DNA of 64,000 bases from Camelus ferus (Eukaryota). A program made the translations under genes and the position numbers. The notes below the pieces were generated by a model. That model was not told where the DNA came from. It made no database searches and worked only from the letters and a program-made list of their open reading frames with translations. The DNA lies in assembly GCF_009834535.1 (NCBI RefSeq), contig NC_045696.1, positions 4,590,001-4,654,000 of the forward strand, in the 5' to 3' direction. The stretch's first letter is position 1. Each line of letters starts with the position of its first letter. Positions 39,231 to 53,870 of the stretch are shown here, piece after piece.

Positions 39231-39919
39231 AATTTCATATTTTTAAGTTCTATGTCATTGTGAAGTTTTATCCAATTCTTATTCATGAAGACGGTTGCAT
39301 TGCTCCTTCAGTGCTGGGGAGTAGACAGAATGATTGAAATGTATTAGAGTTATATGCACAATTGCTATAACAGATAAGCATATTTTTGTAACTTAATTGG
39401 AATTATTTTGTAGACAGTTGGAATGCTTTCCAAGTCATTATGAGGACATCCATTTATCTCCTTTCAGATTGTCTAATCAAGATGACATTAAATTTCAAAG
39501 TGTTTATTCAAACCTGAAAACATTCTGGAGTCTCAGAATGAGCTGACGGTTATACTTTCTAGATAATGTCTACCTAAGGCTTAGGTGTATTTCTTTTCAT
39601 TTTGGAAGGCCTTTATAGAAGTAATTCATTTTACTAAGCCTATCCACTCACATTTTCCTATGAAATCAATAAAAGTGTTTTGGTCCTAAATGGGTTTTCC
39701 ATTCCAAATAAAAATACCCAATTTGCAAATCTAATAGTCTGTTTTAGTTTTTATGTTTTCTGATATCTGTGGAGCAACTGACACTGTTGAAAACTGTTGG
39801 TTGACTTTTCAAAATGCTGTCCTTTTCCTAAGAGCTTCATTCTCTCTAGGATTTGGGCTATGGATCTCATAATTTCTTCTTTATCTTTATATTTCTTTCT
39901 TTTCCCATTTCTTTAAAAT

Positions 39920-40820
39920 ATTTAATGTTTTAATTGAAGTATAGAATACATACATAGAAGTATGCATATAACAGAGTACATCTCAATGAAATTTTCATCA
40001 GCTGAGCACATCAGTGTACCCAACACCCAGATCAAGAAAATGAACACAGCCAGCAGCCTGTGCCCCCTCATACCATTTCTGTTCTCCATGTCCATCTCCC
40101 ACCCCATGAAAACCATTATCCTGACTCTTAACATCATAGGTTAATTTTTCCTAGTTTATGCTTGATATAAATGGAATAATATAATATGTACTCTTGTGTT
40201 TATTTACTTTTCTTCAACATTATGGCTTTGAGATTCATAATATTTTTGTTTGTCATTGTAGTTATTTCATTCTTATTTTTGTATATTGATTCAGTGTGCA
40301 AATAGATCACAATATATTTATCAATTTTTTTGACTATTGATGGATATTTGAGTGATTTCCAGTTTGGGACTCACAAATAGTACTGCTATGAATATTCCAG
40401 TGTGCATTTTTTGTGAGCATATGCATACATTCAGTTGGATAAATACCTACCAGTTGAATTGTTGAGTCATAAGGTATGATTAGGTTTAGCTGTAGTAAAT
40501 ACTGATGAACTGCTTTCCAGAACAGTTTTATCAGTTTACGTTCCTGCTTGCAGTGTGTGTGTGTTTCATGTTGCTCCACATCCTTGAGACACTCAGTATA
40601 TCCTATTTTTTCCATTTCAGTCATTCAGACAAGTGTGTAGTGGTAACTCCTTAATTTGCAGTTCCCTGATAACTAGTGACATTGAATATTTTTCCATGTG
40701 CTTATTGGCCATTTATACATTGCAGTTTGTGAAGTGACCATCTAAGTCTTTTGCCCATTTTTTAATAGATTATTTTTTCTTATTGACATGTAGGAGTTCA
40801 TTATGTATTTGGCGTGCAAG
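39920..40820 (-). mobile_element. Ancient L1 (L1MC/L1ME-type) 3' end
   Basis: ttgatggatatttgagtgatttccagtttgg...tactgctatgaatatt...ttccatgtgcttattggccatt. Confidence 0.75.
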
Positions 40821-41367
40821 TCTATGGTCCCATATCCTTTGCTCACCTTTTATATATTAACTATCTCTGAGGATCCATCATTGGTTTTTGTCTCTTCTGA
40901 TTCTTTACATTCTTCTTGGTGTATCTCACCCAGTGGTTGGCTTCAGCTTCCCGAAGTGTAGACTCTCTCTGAGACCTCACACACCCCTGTCCTCAACTTG
41001 CTAGTGGGTGGCCGAAGGGTCAGTGCCCACTTAACCTCAGTAGAGCTAACGTTGTTTACCCAGCTGGCTCTGCCCTGTATGTTCTCTGCGCAGCTCACTG
41101 TAACTATGCAATCAGGCATATTCACTTATTTCTTGTCCTCACTCTCATTACTTCCATGCCTTGCCCATGAATTCTGGCAGATCGTATCAGACATATCTGT
41201 ATAGTTGGGTTTTCTCCTCCCTTCACACCACCCATGCCCAGGAAGGACTGGGCCACTCCCACAGCAGACTTCCTGCCTCTAGTCTTCACTCCTCATCTAC
41301 CCAGTGTTTACTTTCTAAAACTATATTCCATAAAATTGCTTGTTCTATTTCAAAACTTTCATTGACT

Positions 41368-41915
41368 GTTTTTAAAGCAACTTTATTGAGGTATAATTTA
41401 CACATAAAACCTTTCACTTATTTGTACATTTCAGGGGTTTTTGTTAGTCAATTCTCAGGTATGTACAACCTTTGCCACAGTCAGTTTTAGACCATTTTAA
41501 TCATCTCAGGAAGACACTCTGTGTCTGTCACCCTCCTCCCCATTCACCCTCACCTCCACCCTTAAGTAAACCACTCGTCCACTTTCTGTCTCTATATAGA
41601 GTTCCCTTTTCGGGGCATTTCACGTGAGTGTAATCATGTAGTATGTGCTCTTTTGTGACTTACTCTTTTCACTTAGCATAATGTCATTAGGAGTCATCCC
41701 TGAGTATAACACACGTCAGGGTTTCGTTTCTCTTTATTGCTGAGTATAATTCCGTTGCATGGGTATACCACATTTTGTTCATCCATTCTTCAGTTGATGG
41801 ACACTTGAGTTGTTTCCACATTGACTATTAGATATAATACTGCTTTCAGCATTTGTACACAAGTTTTTGCACAGACATGTGTTCATTCCTCTTGGATGTA
41901 TGCCTAGGGATGGGG
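41368..41915 (-). mobile_element. L1MB-type 3' end
   Basis: caactttattgaggtataatttacacataa...cttttcacttagcataatgt...gttgatggacacttgagttgtttccac. Confidence 0.8.
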
Positions 41916-42229
41916 CTCCCTATTGTCCCCAGAATTAAGCACATGCTTCTTAGCTTGAGGTCTGACACGCTTATGATCTAGACTTCACAATAAACTTTTG
42001 AAATGGAAGCTTCCAAGGATCACCCTTCAAACCTTGGGCATAAGCATATCCCAAGGCTTTAGCAAGTGACAGGTACTTGCTAGGTGCTGAGTAAGTATGT
42101 ACAGAAGCAGTGATTATTAAGACCCTGAAGCTTCCTCTACAAGATTCTGTGTGACTGTCAGTTCTGCCCTGAAGTTCCTGGTATCCAGTATCTTCTGACT
42201 TTTCTCCTGCCTGTGACAACTCAGTGTCC

Positions 42230-42530
42230 TAACATGTCTTTGCCCTCTGCCTAGAATACGCTTTCCCTTCTCCTTTGGGAAGCTTTCCTCATTTTCCCCA
42301 GGTTGGGTTAATTTCTCCATCATTTATGTTTCTGTAGCACTTTGTTGCTAATTCTGTCACAACACTCAGCAAACAGTTATCTTTGATCTCCTAACATGAG
42401 CATGGCACCCTCTAGACCAAAAATTCCTTGAGAGCAGTAACATGACTCCTACAGATCTGTGTAACTGAGACCTTGCACAGGGCCTTGCACATAACAGTTG
42501 CTCAATAAATACTGTTGCATGAATGAATGC
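42230..42530 (+). mobile_element. L2 3' end
   Basis: Ends gttgctcaataaatactgttgcatgaatgaatg, the typical L2 tail. Confidence 0.7.
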
Positions 42531-44581
42531 TCATGGCATTGCTTCCTGTACAGTTTCTCCCACATTTCTTCCTTTCACTTTGCCGTATTTGAATTTTAAA
42601 GAAAGCAATATTGACTTATTTTTCTTTTTAGAGTAACATTCTCCTTTCTGTTTATCACTGGAGCCTTGGTTATACCATCTGTTATAATGATATAAAATAT
42701 GGAGAAATCTGCATGCGAAGAAACAGTTCTCCAGAGCCCCTTCCTTTAGTGCCCTTAGTGTTCATACCCCAGGATTTTATACCTTGAATCTCACAACAAT
42801 ATTCTACAAAATGTTTTGTTTAGCTTTTCTGTTAATAAACTGCAATTATTTTTAAGGAACTTTCATATATACACACAATTCACATTAAGATTGCCTGTGC
42901 CCTTACTGGAGGGAGCAAATGTTACTGTATTTAAAGTGCATGCAGCCCTCCATAAAATGAAGTACCATTGTTTAAGCAGATGGATGGTCCCTTAGATGGA
43001 AGAAATAAAAGCTGTTGGAATATAGTTTGGGTTTTCTTTTGCTTGTGGCCATATGATGTGTATCTTAGAGAATGAGTTTATGTTACATTATTAAGCTCAG
43101 TGGTGTGAAATAGAAAGACTCATGTGAAATACCTAAAAAAATGTAAGGAGAAGTGACAGTAATCCCCCACAGGTCACTTATCTCTTTAACTACTAGGATT
43201 AAACATTTATTTTGCATTTTTCTCACAGTCATTTAAATAATTTCATAAGCTGAGTCTTAGAATGTGGCTTACAAGATGAAACTCTACATTTAATTAAGAA
43301 ATATTTTTATACACACTTATATTTTCAAAAACTGCCATTCTTAACAAGGCTATTTTTATGATACAAGAGAGCAAATTCCAGTATGACTAAATTTCATTTA
43401 GTTTGAATTACCCACAGTTCAGTTGACAGACTAGTAATGTGGGGAGGGGAAAGAATGAATCTGGGTGGAATTAATTAGCCTCAAGAGTGACAGTTACCTC
43501 ATTCCTAACAGTATGTTTTGGGTAATGTCTAATTCCTAGAAAACTCAAAATCACAGTGGTACTATCAGCATTTTTATTTGAGTGGAAAGCTGCAGTGTTT
43601 AACTGATAACTATGCTTCTGGTCTGAACTAATTTCTTAGTTAGAAATGATGTTGATATTCTGATTTATGGAGCATTGCTAAAGACTTTGGTTATGTTTCG
43701 GGGAGAAAACCATCAAATGATTACTATTTGATGAACACCACTGCCTGGCTTCTCTTTGAGAAAAATCTGTCACTTTTATAAAGTGTATTTTTCTCCACTA
43801 TCTTTTGACAAATGGCGTTCACTCTGCTGCCAGCTCAGAGATAGCCAGTACTGGCCATGGGGCAAACTCATGGTCCTTCTGGTGACAGAGACCGAGAGAA
43901 AGCGGATGGATGTCCAAGTAAGATATCTGGAGGGCAGCAAATCTCATGAATACAGCTCCCCCAAGACTGGGCTTTGTACAGTAAGGACAGCCATATGATG
44001 AAATAAAACCTGCATCAGGAAGACTGAGTCCTGGTTCTGCAACCTCCTAGCCTTGAATTCTGGCTCAAGTGACTCCTCTGAGTCTCCACCTCATCTTCTG
44101 CAGAGAAGAACCTGTGCTCACCTGGCAGGGCTGTTGTTCACAAGAGTAAATGAAATAACACCTTGAGTTTCATGACATGGCCAGGTACGGTGTGGGCATA
44201 ATAAATGTTACTCTCATCTCTGCCCAGTGACATGAATTCCAATGTCTAGGGCTTCTTTTTTCTCTTGTGAATATGTGACTGGGTATGCACTTGTTTTTAG
44301 AAAGCCATATATAAGCACAGACATCTGGGAAGTAGGTCTTCATGGCGTTTTTACATCTTTTGTTTAATTTTTGGATTCTACAAGTTAATTTTCTTTGGTT
44401 CACATAAAGGATACTCCATAAATGAATGAGGCATTCAATAAATGAAAAAGCCAAATGTATGTGAACAGGTTTGCAGACATTTTATTTGTAGTAATCAAAA
44501 CAGAAACAACTTAAGTAGCCCAGATTAGGGAAATAGTTTAGAAAATCATATTATATAAAATGTCCATACCCATGTAACTTA

Positions 44582-44713
44582 CAGTCCACTATCTATATCT
44601 GATGTTCCTCTGCATCCAAAGATTCAACTACCTGCAGATAGTGTAATACTGTAAAACAGTCTGTATGTAAGTGGACCCATGCAGTTCAAACTGATGTTGT
44701 CCAGGGTCAGCTG
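44582..44713. mobile_element. Tigger2-derived (MER8/MER28-like) TcMar MITE
   Basis: TA|CAGT...aagtggacccatgcagttcaaactgatgttgtccagggtcagCTG|TA, with TA target duplications. Confidence 0.72.
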
Positions 44714-44961
44714 TACTTGTGAAGTCTGTGAAACATGGCATTATGTACATGAAGTAATGTTAAGAGAATGAAGCAGAATCTGTAACAACTGCATGTTTTA
44801 TGTATGCACATTATGACATAGTTTAATTATATGGGCATGTAGGCAGATGGATCAGAAGAGAAAAATTGAAACAGAATCTGTCATAGGCTGGTGGAATTGA
44901 ATGTTACTTTTGTCAAAGTTCTCTTTATTAGTGCTACATATTTTCAATGAAAAATGCATTG

Positions 44962-45170
44962 CTAGTATCTGCAGATACTAACTACTATATAAAAATAGAT
45001 GAACAGTAAGGACCTACTGTATCGCACAGGGAATGATATTCAGTATCTTGTAGTAGCCTATAATGAAAAAAATATGAGAAGGAATATGTGTATGTGTAAC
45101 TGAATCTCTAAGCTGTATACCAGGAATTAGCACGTTGTAAACCAACTATGCTTCAATAAAAAATATATTT
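44962..45170 (+). mobile_element. Short cetartiodactyl-type L1 3' end with TSD AAAAATGCATTG
   Basis: Same 3' UTR type as the L1 at 17449-18346 (aaggacctactgtatcgcacaggg...aactatgcttcaataaaaaa). TSD copy at 44950-44961. Confidence 0.88.
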
Positions 45171-45769
45171 TAAAAATGCATTTGTTTTTTTAAAAAAATG
45201 CATTGTTAATTGGACACTATGTTCAGAAAACCAACTGTGCTTTTTAAAATGCTTTACGTATGATCTTTAATTTTAATTAAAAAAACTGTGATGAATTTCA
45301 CTCAGAATTAGCTCTCAATGTACCTTTCAACCAGAGCAGTTTGATCCTAGCAACTAGATTTAGTCATTCAGTCAGTACCTTCTTATTAAGTACCCACTGG
45401 CTGTTCTGCTCTGTGCCCTATTCAATAGTGTGAGCAAATCATGGCATTGCTCTTAATGGGCCTTTTGTTCTTGAGGGCCTATATCATTCAATAAATGAAT
45501 ACGAAATGCACAATGTAAATTCCAGTAGTGGTCAGTATCTTGGAGATGGAACAGGGTGTGGGGCAGGGGGTTGAAGAGTAATCTTTTCAAAGTTAAGATC
45601 CAGGATAACTTAGCCTGTGGACAAAATATGAGATAAACATGGGCCACATTTTTCAGTACTGGCCTCTCTGTCTATAATAGATTGAGCAATTTTGAATTAT
45701 TTCGGTGTAGATTAGCCTCATGACAGTTTCTCAGCATAACCACCTGAGGCCAAGCTGATTGAAGGATGA

Positions 45770-46192
<423 letters not shown>

Positions 46193-46597
46193 TAATGACA
46201 GACAATATGCCAACAGCTGAGAACCCATGAAAATCCTCTCATTTGTCCACTCTTCTAATGGCTGCTTTGAGATGTCAGAGCATCTCTTGACTGGATCCTA
46301 GAGTGCCTTATTTACTGTTGGAACTAAAACTCAAATTAGTGGTTCTCGTCCTCAGTGAAACAAATATACAGATTCCTCTAAATTCACCTGTAGCTTTTTT
46401 CTTGCTGAGGTATTTCTATTTTTAGTCAACGTTTTTGCTGTTTGAACAAAGACATGTCAAGAACAACCCCATTCAATGCAGACATATTCCCTAACAACCC
46501 TGTTTCTGTAAATCACCAAACACTGAAAAAGGGAGAAATCCTTCAGTGGAACTAACATTAAGTTTGCAATACCATTCTTGGGTCAGTTTTAATGTAG

Positions 46598-46800
46598 TCA
46601 CTCAACAAATACTCCTTGAGCTTCTGTTTTGATTCAGGCACTGTGCCAGGTACACAGGGTGGATGGGGGGAAAAGCATGGGTTCCTTCCTCACAGAACTT
46701 ATGTTCTAATGAGGGAGTCAGACAATGGACAAATAAATCAAGTTGGGTCACAGTTATAATGGAAAGTTGGCTTCTGTTCCAGGCATTATGGTATTTTCTG
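46598..46800 (-). mobile_element. L2 3'-end fragment
   Basis: tcactcaacaaatactccttgagc...aggcactgtgccagg...cctcacagaacttatgttctaat. Confidence 0.7.
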
Positions 46801-49204
46801 AGGATGTTGTAAAAAAAAATGGGGAGAGAAAAAGTCATCAGCTGAGAATCAGTGGAAATCCTATCATCAGTTCAGTCTAATACTGACTGAGATGCTGCTT
46901 TGAGATGTCAGAGCATCTTTTGACTGGATTTTGGAGTGCTTCACGTTGCTGGAACTAGAACTTGAAATTAATGATATCAAGTCGATAAGGTCTAAACTAT
47001 ATCCCAAACTTACTGTATTTTAACTAATTGATACTAAGTTTTAGTATTTCACACCCATTGTGTTTGCTTTCATGTCCCCCTCTCTGCTCTTTCCCCTATG
47101 ACTCCATCCTAAAGGCAGGCAGCAGGGGAGTAGGGAGGGCAAAGGGAGAACAGTGGACAAGGAATTGATGGAATAAAACTGTTGCATCAGTGTTTATTGT
47201 TAGTGAAACAGTATCAATCTAATATTGTTACAGTCTTTGTGAAGTTTTTAAAAAAAGGCTCTTTTAACATTTTTGACTGTCACATGTTAAAGTGCTGTCA
47301 ATAAATAAACCCTGAATCGATTACATTCCTTTTAACATCATACTGCATTTTTTAAATTGCCATTGCTACAAGCCAAACCAGGAATACAATCTGAGGTTCA
47401 GAGACGTTGACGGTTATACATACAGGACACAGTGTCATTCTGTACCTTTAATAAAGCCCAGAAAATAATAAACGCAGCTAGACTCCAGTTAGCAAACAAT
47501 GTTGCTACCTTTCTTAAAGCTTAGCCTTCCAAATACTATGGTAGACTGACATTGTATAATGATGGGGTAAAGAAAATGTGACTTTGATTATTGTCTTAGG
47601 CACCAGGTAGCTGGGGGAGCTTTGTAATAATTTCTGCAGCAAGTGTGAAGGTGCTACTTGAAGTCATCACAACATGAACATAATATGAGATGTTTCTGAA
47701 TTCCTGCATGTGATCTCTTTGATGTAAGCAATCAAACATCAGACTACGACTCGTTCTGCTAGCTAGTCATTTCCCAACTCTAGCTTGATCTCCATGACAT
47801 GCTCATGAATCCAAGACTTGCATGAAAATGCGGTTAAGAAAGGGAGAAAAACATTGGCTTTAATCAATTGGCGTTGTGAAAAGTTGATACCCCAAATAAT
47901 TAAAATAAAGCACATGAAATTTGTATAGGAACTTCTAAGGCTGACAAACAGGGAGACATAGTGAATGCCTTCTCCCTGGCAGGCTGACAAGGTTAATGAT
48001 GTGTCATAAAAACATTTTTATAAACTACAAAGTACCACTTATAGTAAAACCTGAAACTTCAAACAGCTATACTTGTAGGTGTTAATCTGTTATTTCTGCC
48101 TTGGGTTTCCTGTCAGATAAAAGAATTAAATGCTTACTTCTGTTTTAACTGCTGTTTTCTAAATTTGTCATGGAATGGACCATGTGAGTTTTAGAGGGGT
48201 GGAAATTCCTCCATCTTATCTGACATCTATGCGGCCTTCCCCCTTCCATGCTGCCGCATGCTTGCTGTTTATGTGCTGGTGTTCTTACACCTGAGTCTGT
48301 CGTACACACCACTGCCATGTCAGTTAGAACACACAAGACCGATAGTCATGTTGCCCAAATGAAATCTCTTTTCTCATTTAATTTTACAACTTCTTATGAG
48401 CACATTATGGTTGCAGTAGCCTTTTAGATTATTTATTGGGTGCTTGAAAATCTGGTTTCACCATTGTTATGTCGATGCTAGTACAGAGCTGGATGTCTAT
48501 TTGGAAGGTCAGGTAAGGGATATTTATGTTACTCAGTGATGGCTGTACTGCAGGTTTGAGCAGAACGACTCAGGGCGTATTCTCCAAAATGTCTCAGTGT
48601 CCCTCTCGACTGGCATTGTGGTTTTCCTGGAATAATCCATTAGGTAAAATGGCCTCATAATCTCTCCTTTGGAAGTACATGGAATTCTTATTTTTAACAG
48701 TTTTCAGTGACTTTGATTTAGGTCTGACTGTCAACAAAACAAGAAAGGTTCATCCATCGTCTCCTTAATCAGCAATCCTAGTTCTCCTTTAAATAAAATG
48801 CTTTCTTGCCCTTTTTGTTCTGAGGACTGAAGTACAGATGGGCGACTTGAAACAGCACTGCCCTGCTGTGTTATGTTTCTCCTTAGCAAATAGTAATTAG
48901 CTACATGACCTTGGGCAAGTCAAAACATTTCTAGTGATTGTTCTCTCCTTAGTAAATTGTGGTTAATAACGTTTGACTGGGGCTTCTGCTTATGGCCAAG
49001 ATAGAGTAGCAGAGACCAAATTTACCCATTTATCTGAAACAACAACAGCACACAGACAAAACATAAAAAGCAACAGTTTTCAAGACTGGCCATCAGTTGG
49101 TGAAGGAAAGTGGTCCGTGAGAAACTGGAAGAAACAGCTGAGCCCAGTGATTGCCCCGGTTTACTGCCTTAAGTTTCCAGATAGAGGACAGAATCACCTG
49201 CATT

Positions 49205-50245
49205 TGAAATTTACAGTGGCTTTATTCATACTTGCCAAAAATTGGACACAACAAAGATGTATTTCAGCATGTGAATGAAGAGTGACAGATCCTCTCCTTG
49301 ACTAAACTTGAGTCAGGCTCCTCTGAGCCCTTTTCTTGAATAGTCCTTGACCTTGACCTTCTGTGTCTGTTATCCCTGAGCCCAGTTTTAGCAAGAATCC
49401 TGCTAAGTCATTCCCCACCTTTGATACCTGATCACTCTTGACATCCAGTCATGTTTATCATCTTACCTTTGATGTGAATAAGTCTTGGGCCTGCCTTTGG
49501 CAAGAATCTCCTCAACCTTGATGTCTCCTCTTAGTAATTTTCCATCCACTAACCCCCTCACTCTGCTTGTTGGCTATAAATCCTCACTTGTTCTTACTAT
49601 ATTTGGAGTTGAGAAAAAATTCTCTCTCAACTGGAATATTCATGAGCCCTATTGCAAAAGTCTTGAGTAAAGTCATCCTTTACATTTTAACAAGTATCAG
49701 AAATAATTTTTCTTTAACAATAAGCAAACTAGTATATCCATGCAATGGAGTGTTAGTGATAGAAAGAAATGAGCTATCAAACCACGAAAAGACATGGAGG
49801 AAACTTAAATGCATACTATTATGTGAAAGCAGCCAATCTGAAAAGGCTGTATACTGTGTGATTCGAACTATATGACATTGTGGAAGAGTCAAAACTGTGG
49901 AGACAGTAAAAAGATCAGTCATTACCAGGGGTTGGAGGAGGGAAGGAAGGTGAATAAGTGGATCACTGGACATTTTTAGGGCAGTGAAACTATTCTATAT
50001 AATACTTTAATGGCAGACACATGACATTATTCATAGAACTGTGCAGCACAGATTGAACCTCAGTGTAAACCATGGACTTTGGTTAATAGTAATGTCTAAA
50101 TATTGGTTCATTAACTACAACAAATGTATCACACTAATGCAAATTGCTAATAATGAGAGAAACTGTAGGGTGTGGGGACAGGTATATGGGAACTATCTCT
50201 ACTTTTAGTGAAATTTTTCTTTAAACTTAAAAATGCTCTTAAAAA
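49205..50245 (+). mobile_element. L1MC-type 3' end, split by the MER31-like LTR
   Basis: gctttattcatacttgccaaaa...gtgaatg | aaactagtatatccat...aaaagacatggaggaaacttaaatgcat...aaccatggactttgg. Confidence 0.75.
49283..49719 (+). mobile_element. MER31-like ERV1 solo LTR
   Basis: TGACA...ctctccttgactaaacttgagtcaggctcctctgagccc...tttagcaagaatcctgctaagtca...TATAAA...tttAACA. Confidence 0.8.
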
Positions 50246-50270
50246 GTATTCAAAAAATTGAAAAATGCTT

Positions 50271-51331
50271 TTTTTAATTAAAATCTTTTATTGATTTATA
50301 ATAATTTTACAATGTTGTGTCAAATTCCAGTGTAGAGCACAATTTTTCAGTTATACATGAACATATATATATTCATTGTCACATTTTTTTCTCTGTGAGC
50401 TACCATAAGATCTTGTGTACATTTCCCTGTGCTATACAGTATAATCTTGTTTATCTATTCTACAATTTTGAAATCCTGTCTGTCCCTTCCCACCCTCCGC
50501 CCCATTGGCAACCACAAGTTTGTATTCTATGTCTATGAGTCTGTTTCTGTTCAGTATTTATGCTTTGTTTGTTTGTTTGTTTGTTTGTTTTAGATTCCAC
50601 ATATGAGCAATCTCATATGGTATTTTTCTTTCTCTTTCTGACTTACTTCACTTAGAATGACATTCTCCAGTAGCATCCATGTTGCTGCAAATGGCGTTAT
50701 GTTGTTGGTTTTTATGGCTGAGTAGTATTCCATTGTATAAATATACCATATCTTCTTTATCCAGTCATCTGTTGATGGACATTGAGGCTGTCTCCATGTC
50801 TTGGCTATTGTAAATAGTGCTGCTATGAACATTGGGGTGCAGGTGTCATCCTGAAGTAGGGTTCCTTCTGGATATATGCCCAGGAGTGGGATTCCTGGGT
50901 CATACGGTAAGTCTTTTCCTAGTCTTTTGAGGAATCTCCATACTGTTTTCCACAGTGGCTGCACCAAACTGCATTCCCACCAGCAGTGTAGGAGGGTTCC
51001 TCTTTCTCCACAGCCTCTCCAGCATTTGTCATTTATGGATTTTTGAATGATGGCCATTCTGACTGATGTGAGGTGATACCTGATTGTAGTTTTGATTTGC
51101 ATTTCTCTGATAATTAGTGATATTGAGCATTTTTTCATGTGCCTATTGATCATTTATATGTCTTCCTTGGAGAATTGCTTGTTTAAGTCTTTTGCCCATT
51201 TTTGGATTGGGTTGTTTGGTTGTTTCTTATGAAGTTGTATGAGCTGCTTATATATTCTGGAGATCAAGCGTTTGTTGGTTTCATTTGCAAAAATTTTCTC
51301 CCATTCTGTAGTTTGTCTTTTTGTTTTACTT
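50271..51331 (-). mobile_element. Young 5'-truncated lineage-specific L1; ORF2 C-terminal 187 aa still open
   Basis: ORF 50590-51153 ([18 protein letters not shown]...[18 protein letters not shown]...[10 protein letters not shown]) includes the L1 ORF2 cysteine-rich motif. ATGCTT on both flanks; (GTTT)n in the 3' UTR. Confidence 0.95.
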
Positions 51332-53721
51332 ATGCTTCAAGTAGCTTAATATACAAATAGAATAGGAACATATGTCCCAAAGGAATAGATGTTGAAATAA
51401 AAAACAATGTAGAAGAAAGATTAGCCAAAATTTTCCAAATTTGATGAAAAGTATAAACCCACAGATACAAGGAGCTCAACAAACCTCAAGCACAAGATAC
51501 ATAAAGAGAAATATATCAAGACACATCATAATCAAATTGCTCAGAACCAATAATGAAGAGAAAATGTTAAAACAGCCAGAGGAAAAAAGGCACATTATAC
51601 ACAGAGGAACAAAGATAAGAATGACAATAGATTTCTCATCAGAATCAATGTGAGAAAATAGTGAGGCAATATCTTTAAAGTACTGAAAGAAAAGTGATCT
51701 GGAAATCTGGAAATCTATATCCAGTGGAAGTATCTTTTAAAAATAAAGGTGAAATAAAGGCTTTCTTAGACACATAAAAGCTGAAAGTATTCATCAGCAG
51801 CTGACATTTACTGGTAGAAATCTTAAAGAGAGTATTACAATCAGAAGGAAAATGACACCAGGTGGGATCTTAGAGCTACTCAAAGGAAAGAAGATTGATA
51901 GAAATGGCAGTTACATGGGTAAATAAATCATGTACATTTTTGGTTATTTAAACTTCATACTTTAAAAGATAATTGACTGTTTAAGCAAAAATAGTAGCAA
52001 TGTCTTATGTTAATATAGATAGAAGTAAAATGGGTGACAACAATGGCACTAAGTCCTGGAGTAAAGACATAGAGTATTGTAAAGTTCTTTTTCCATTTAT
52101 ATCACCTGGCTATAGATGGTGACAAGTTATAGATGTATATTATAAAACCTAAAGCAATCACTAAAGTAACAAAACAAAGAGTTATGGCTAATCAGCCAAC
52201 AAAAGAGAAAAAATGCTTAATCCAAAACAAAGAATAGGAAAAAGAAAACAACATATGGTGAAAATAGAAATCAAATAACAAGATTGTAGACTTAAAATTA
52301 ATGATACTGATAATCAACATTAAACATAAATGTTCCAATAATCTGAATTGAGGTCAGAGATTGCCAAGTTAGATTCAAATGCTGCTTAAAAGAAACACAC
52401 TTTAAATATGAAGACATAGATGTGACAAAGGTAAAGGAATGGGAAAAGGTATACCATGTTCATCAAATCAGATAAATCTAATTAAAAGCAAATATCAAAA
52501 GAAAGCTGGAGTATCCTATGTTAATATGAACAAAATATATTTCAGAGGAAAGAATATTATCAGGGCTAAAGGAAGTCATTATGTAAAAGAGGTTAATTAA
52601 TTAAGAGAGTATGACTATTACAAATTTTTATGCACCTAAAACATAACTTTACAATAGATGACATAATAACTGATGAAACTGCAAAAAGAAACAGACAAAT
52701 CAAAATGTATAGTTGGAGATTTCAGTGTCCCTCTCTTAGTAACTGGCAGAAGTAGACAGAAAATGAGCAAGAATAAAAATGCTTGAATGGCACTGTTAAT
52801 CAACTTGACCCAAATGATGCTTAAATACAGAACATTCCATCCAATGATAGCACAATACACATTCTCTTTAAGAACACACAGATATTTATTAAAATAAACC
52901 ATATTGTGAATGAAACTGGTCAGATGAATTTTTTAAATGTTAAGTCATATAAAGTATGTTATTTGACTACAGTGGAATTAAATTAGAGTTACTAACAGTA
53001 TAATTTCTGGGAAATCCTCAAATACTTGGATACTAAAAAAATACTTCTAAATGATCTATGTCAAAGAAAAAGCAGGAGGTAAATAAAGTATTTTGAACTG
53101 AGTAAAAATGAAAGAACAATCTAAGAATTTGGAGAATGTCATTAAAGTAATGTTTAGGGGGAGAAGTTTATAGTTCTAAAAACTTACATTAGAAATGAAA
53201 AATGGTCTCTCTTAGTGATCTCAAGTGATCTTAACTCCAGAAAAAAAGACTAAATTCAAACCAATATGAGCAAAAAGGAAATAATAAAGATCAGAGTGGA
53301 AATTAGTATATTATAAAACAAAGGAAATCTGTGGAGCCAAAAGTTATTTCTTTGAAAAAGATCAGTAAAATCAATAAAATTGATCCACTTAAGAGGAAAA
53401 TAAAAGAGAGAAGACAAATTATCAATGTCAAGAGGTTACACTACTATCCTACAGATGTAATCAATATATATATATAGTCATTAATATTTTACATTAGTCA
53501 TCATTCTGCATATATTTAAACCATAATAAAAGAATTTTAAGAACATGAATATGTCAATAAATCCAACAACTCAAATGAAATTATACATTTTTTGAAAAAT
53601 ATAAAATGTCAGAACTCATTCAAGAAGAAATGGGCTGAATAGCCCCATATCTATTAAGGAATTTGAATTTGTAACAGAAAATTTTCCTACAATGGAATTC
53701 CAGACTCAAATTGATTCACTC

Positions 53722-53870
53722 TTTTGTTTTTTAATTGAAGTGCAGTCAGTTTACGATGTTGTGTTAATTTCTGGTATACAGCATAGTGATTCAGTTATAT
53801 TTATATTATTATATTTTATATTTGTTATATTATTTTATAATATATATATATATTCCTTTTCATATTCATT
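53722..53870 (-). mobile_element. Short L1 3' end nested in the old L1
   Basis: ttttttaattgaagtgcagtcagtttacgatgttgtgttaatttctggtatacagcatagtgattcagtt is the reverse-complement type of 45100-45163. Confidence 0.8.

Noticed and set aside
50590..51153. 187-aa ORF as a host gene or active retrotransposon
   Set aside because: It is only the C-terminus of L1 ORF2 in a 5'-truncated copy lacking promoter, ORF1, endonuclease and RT.
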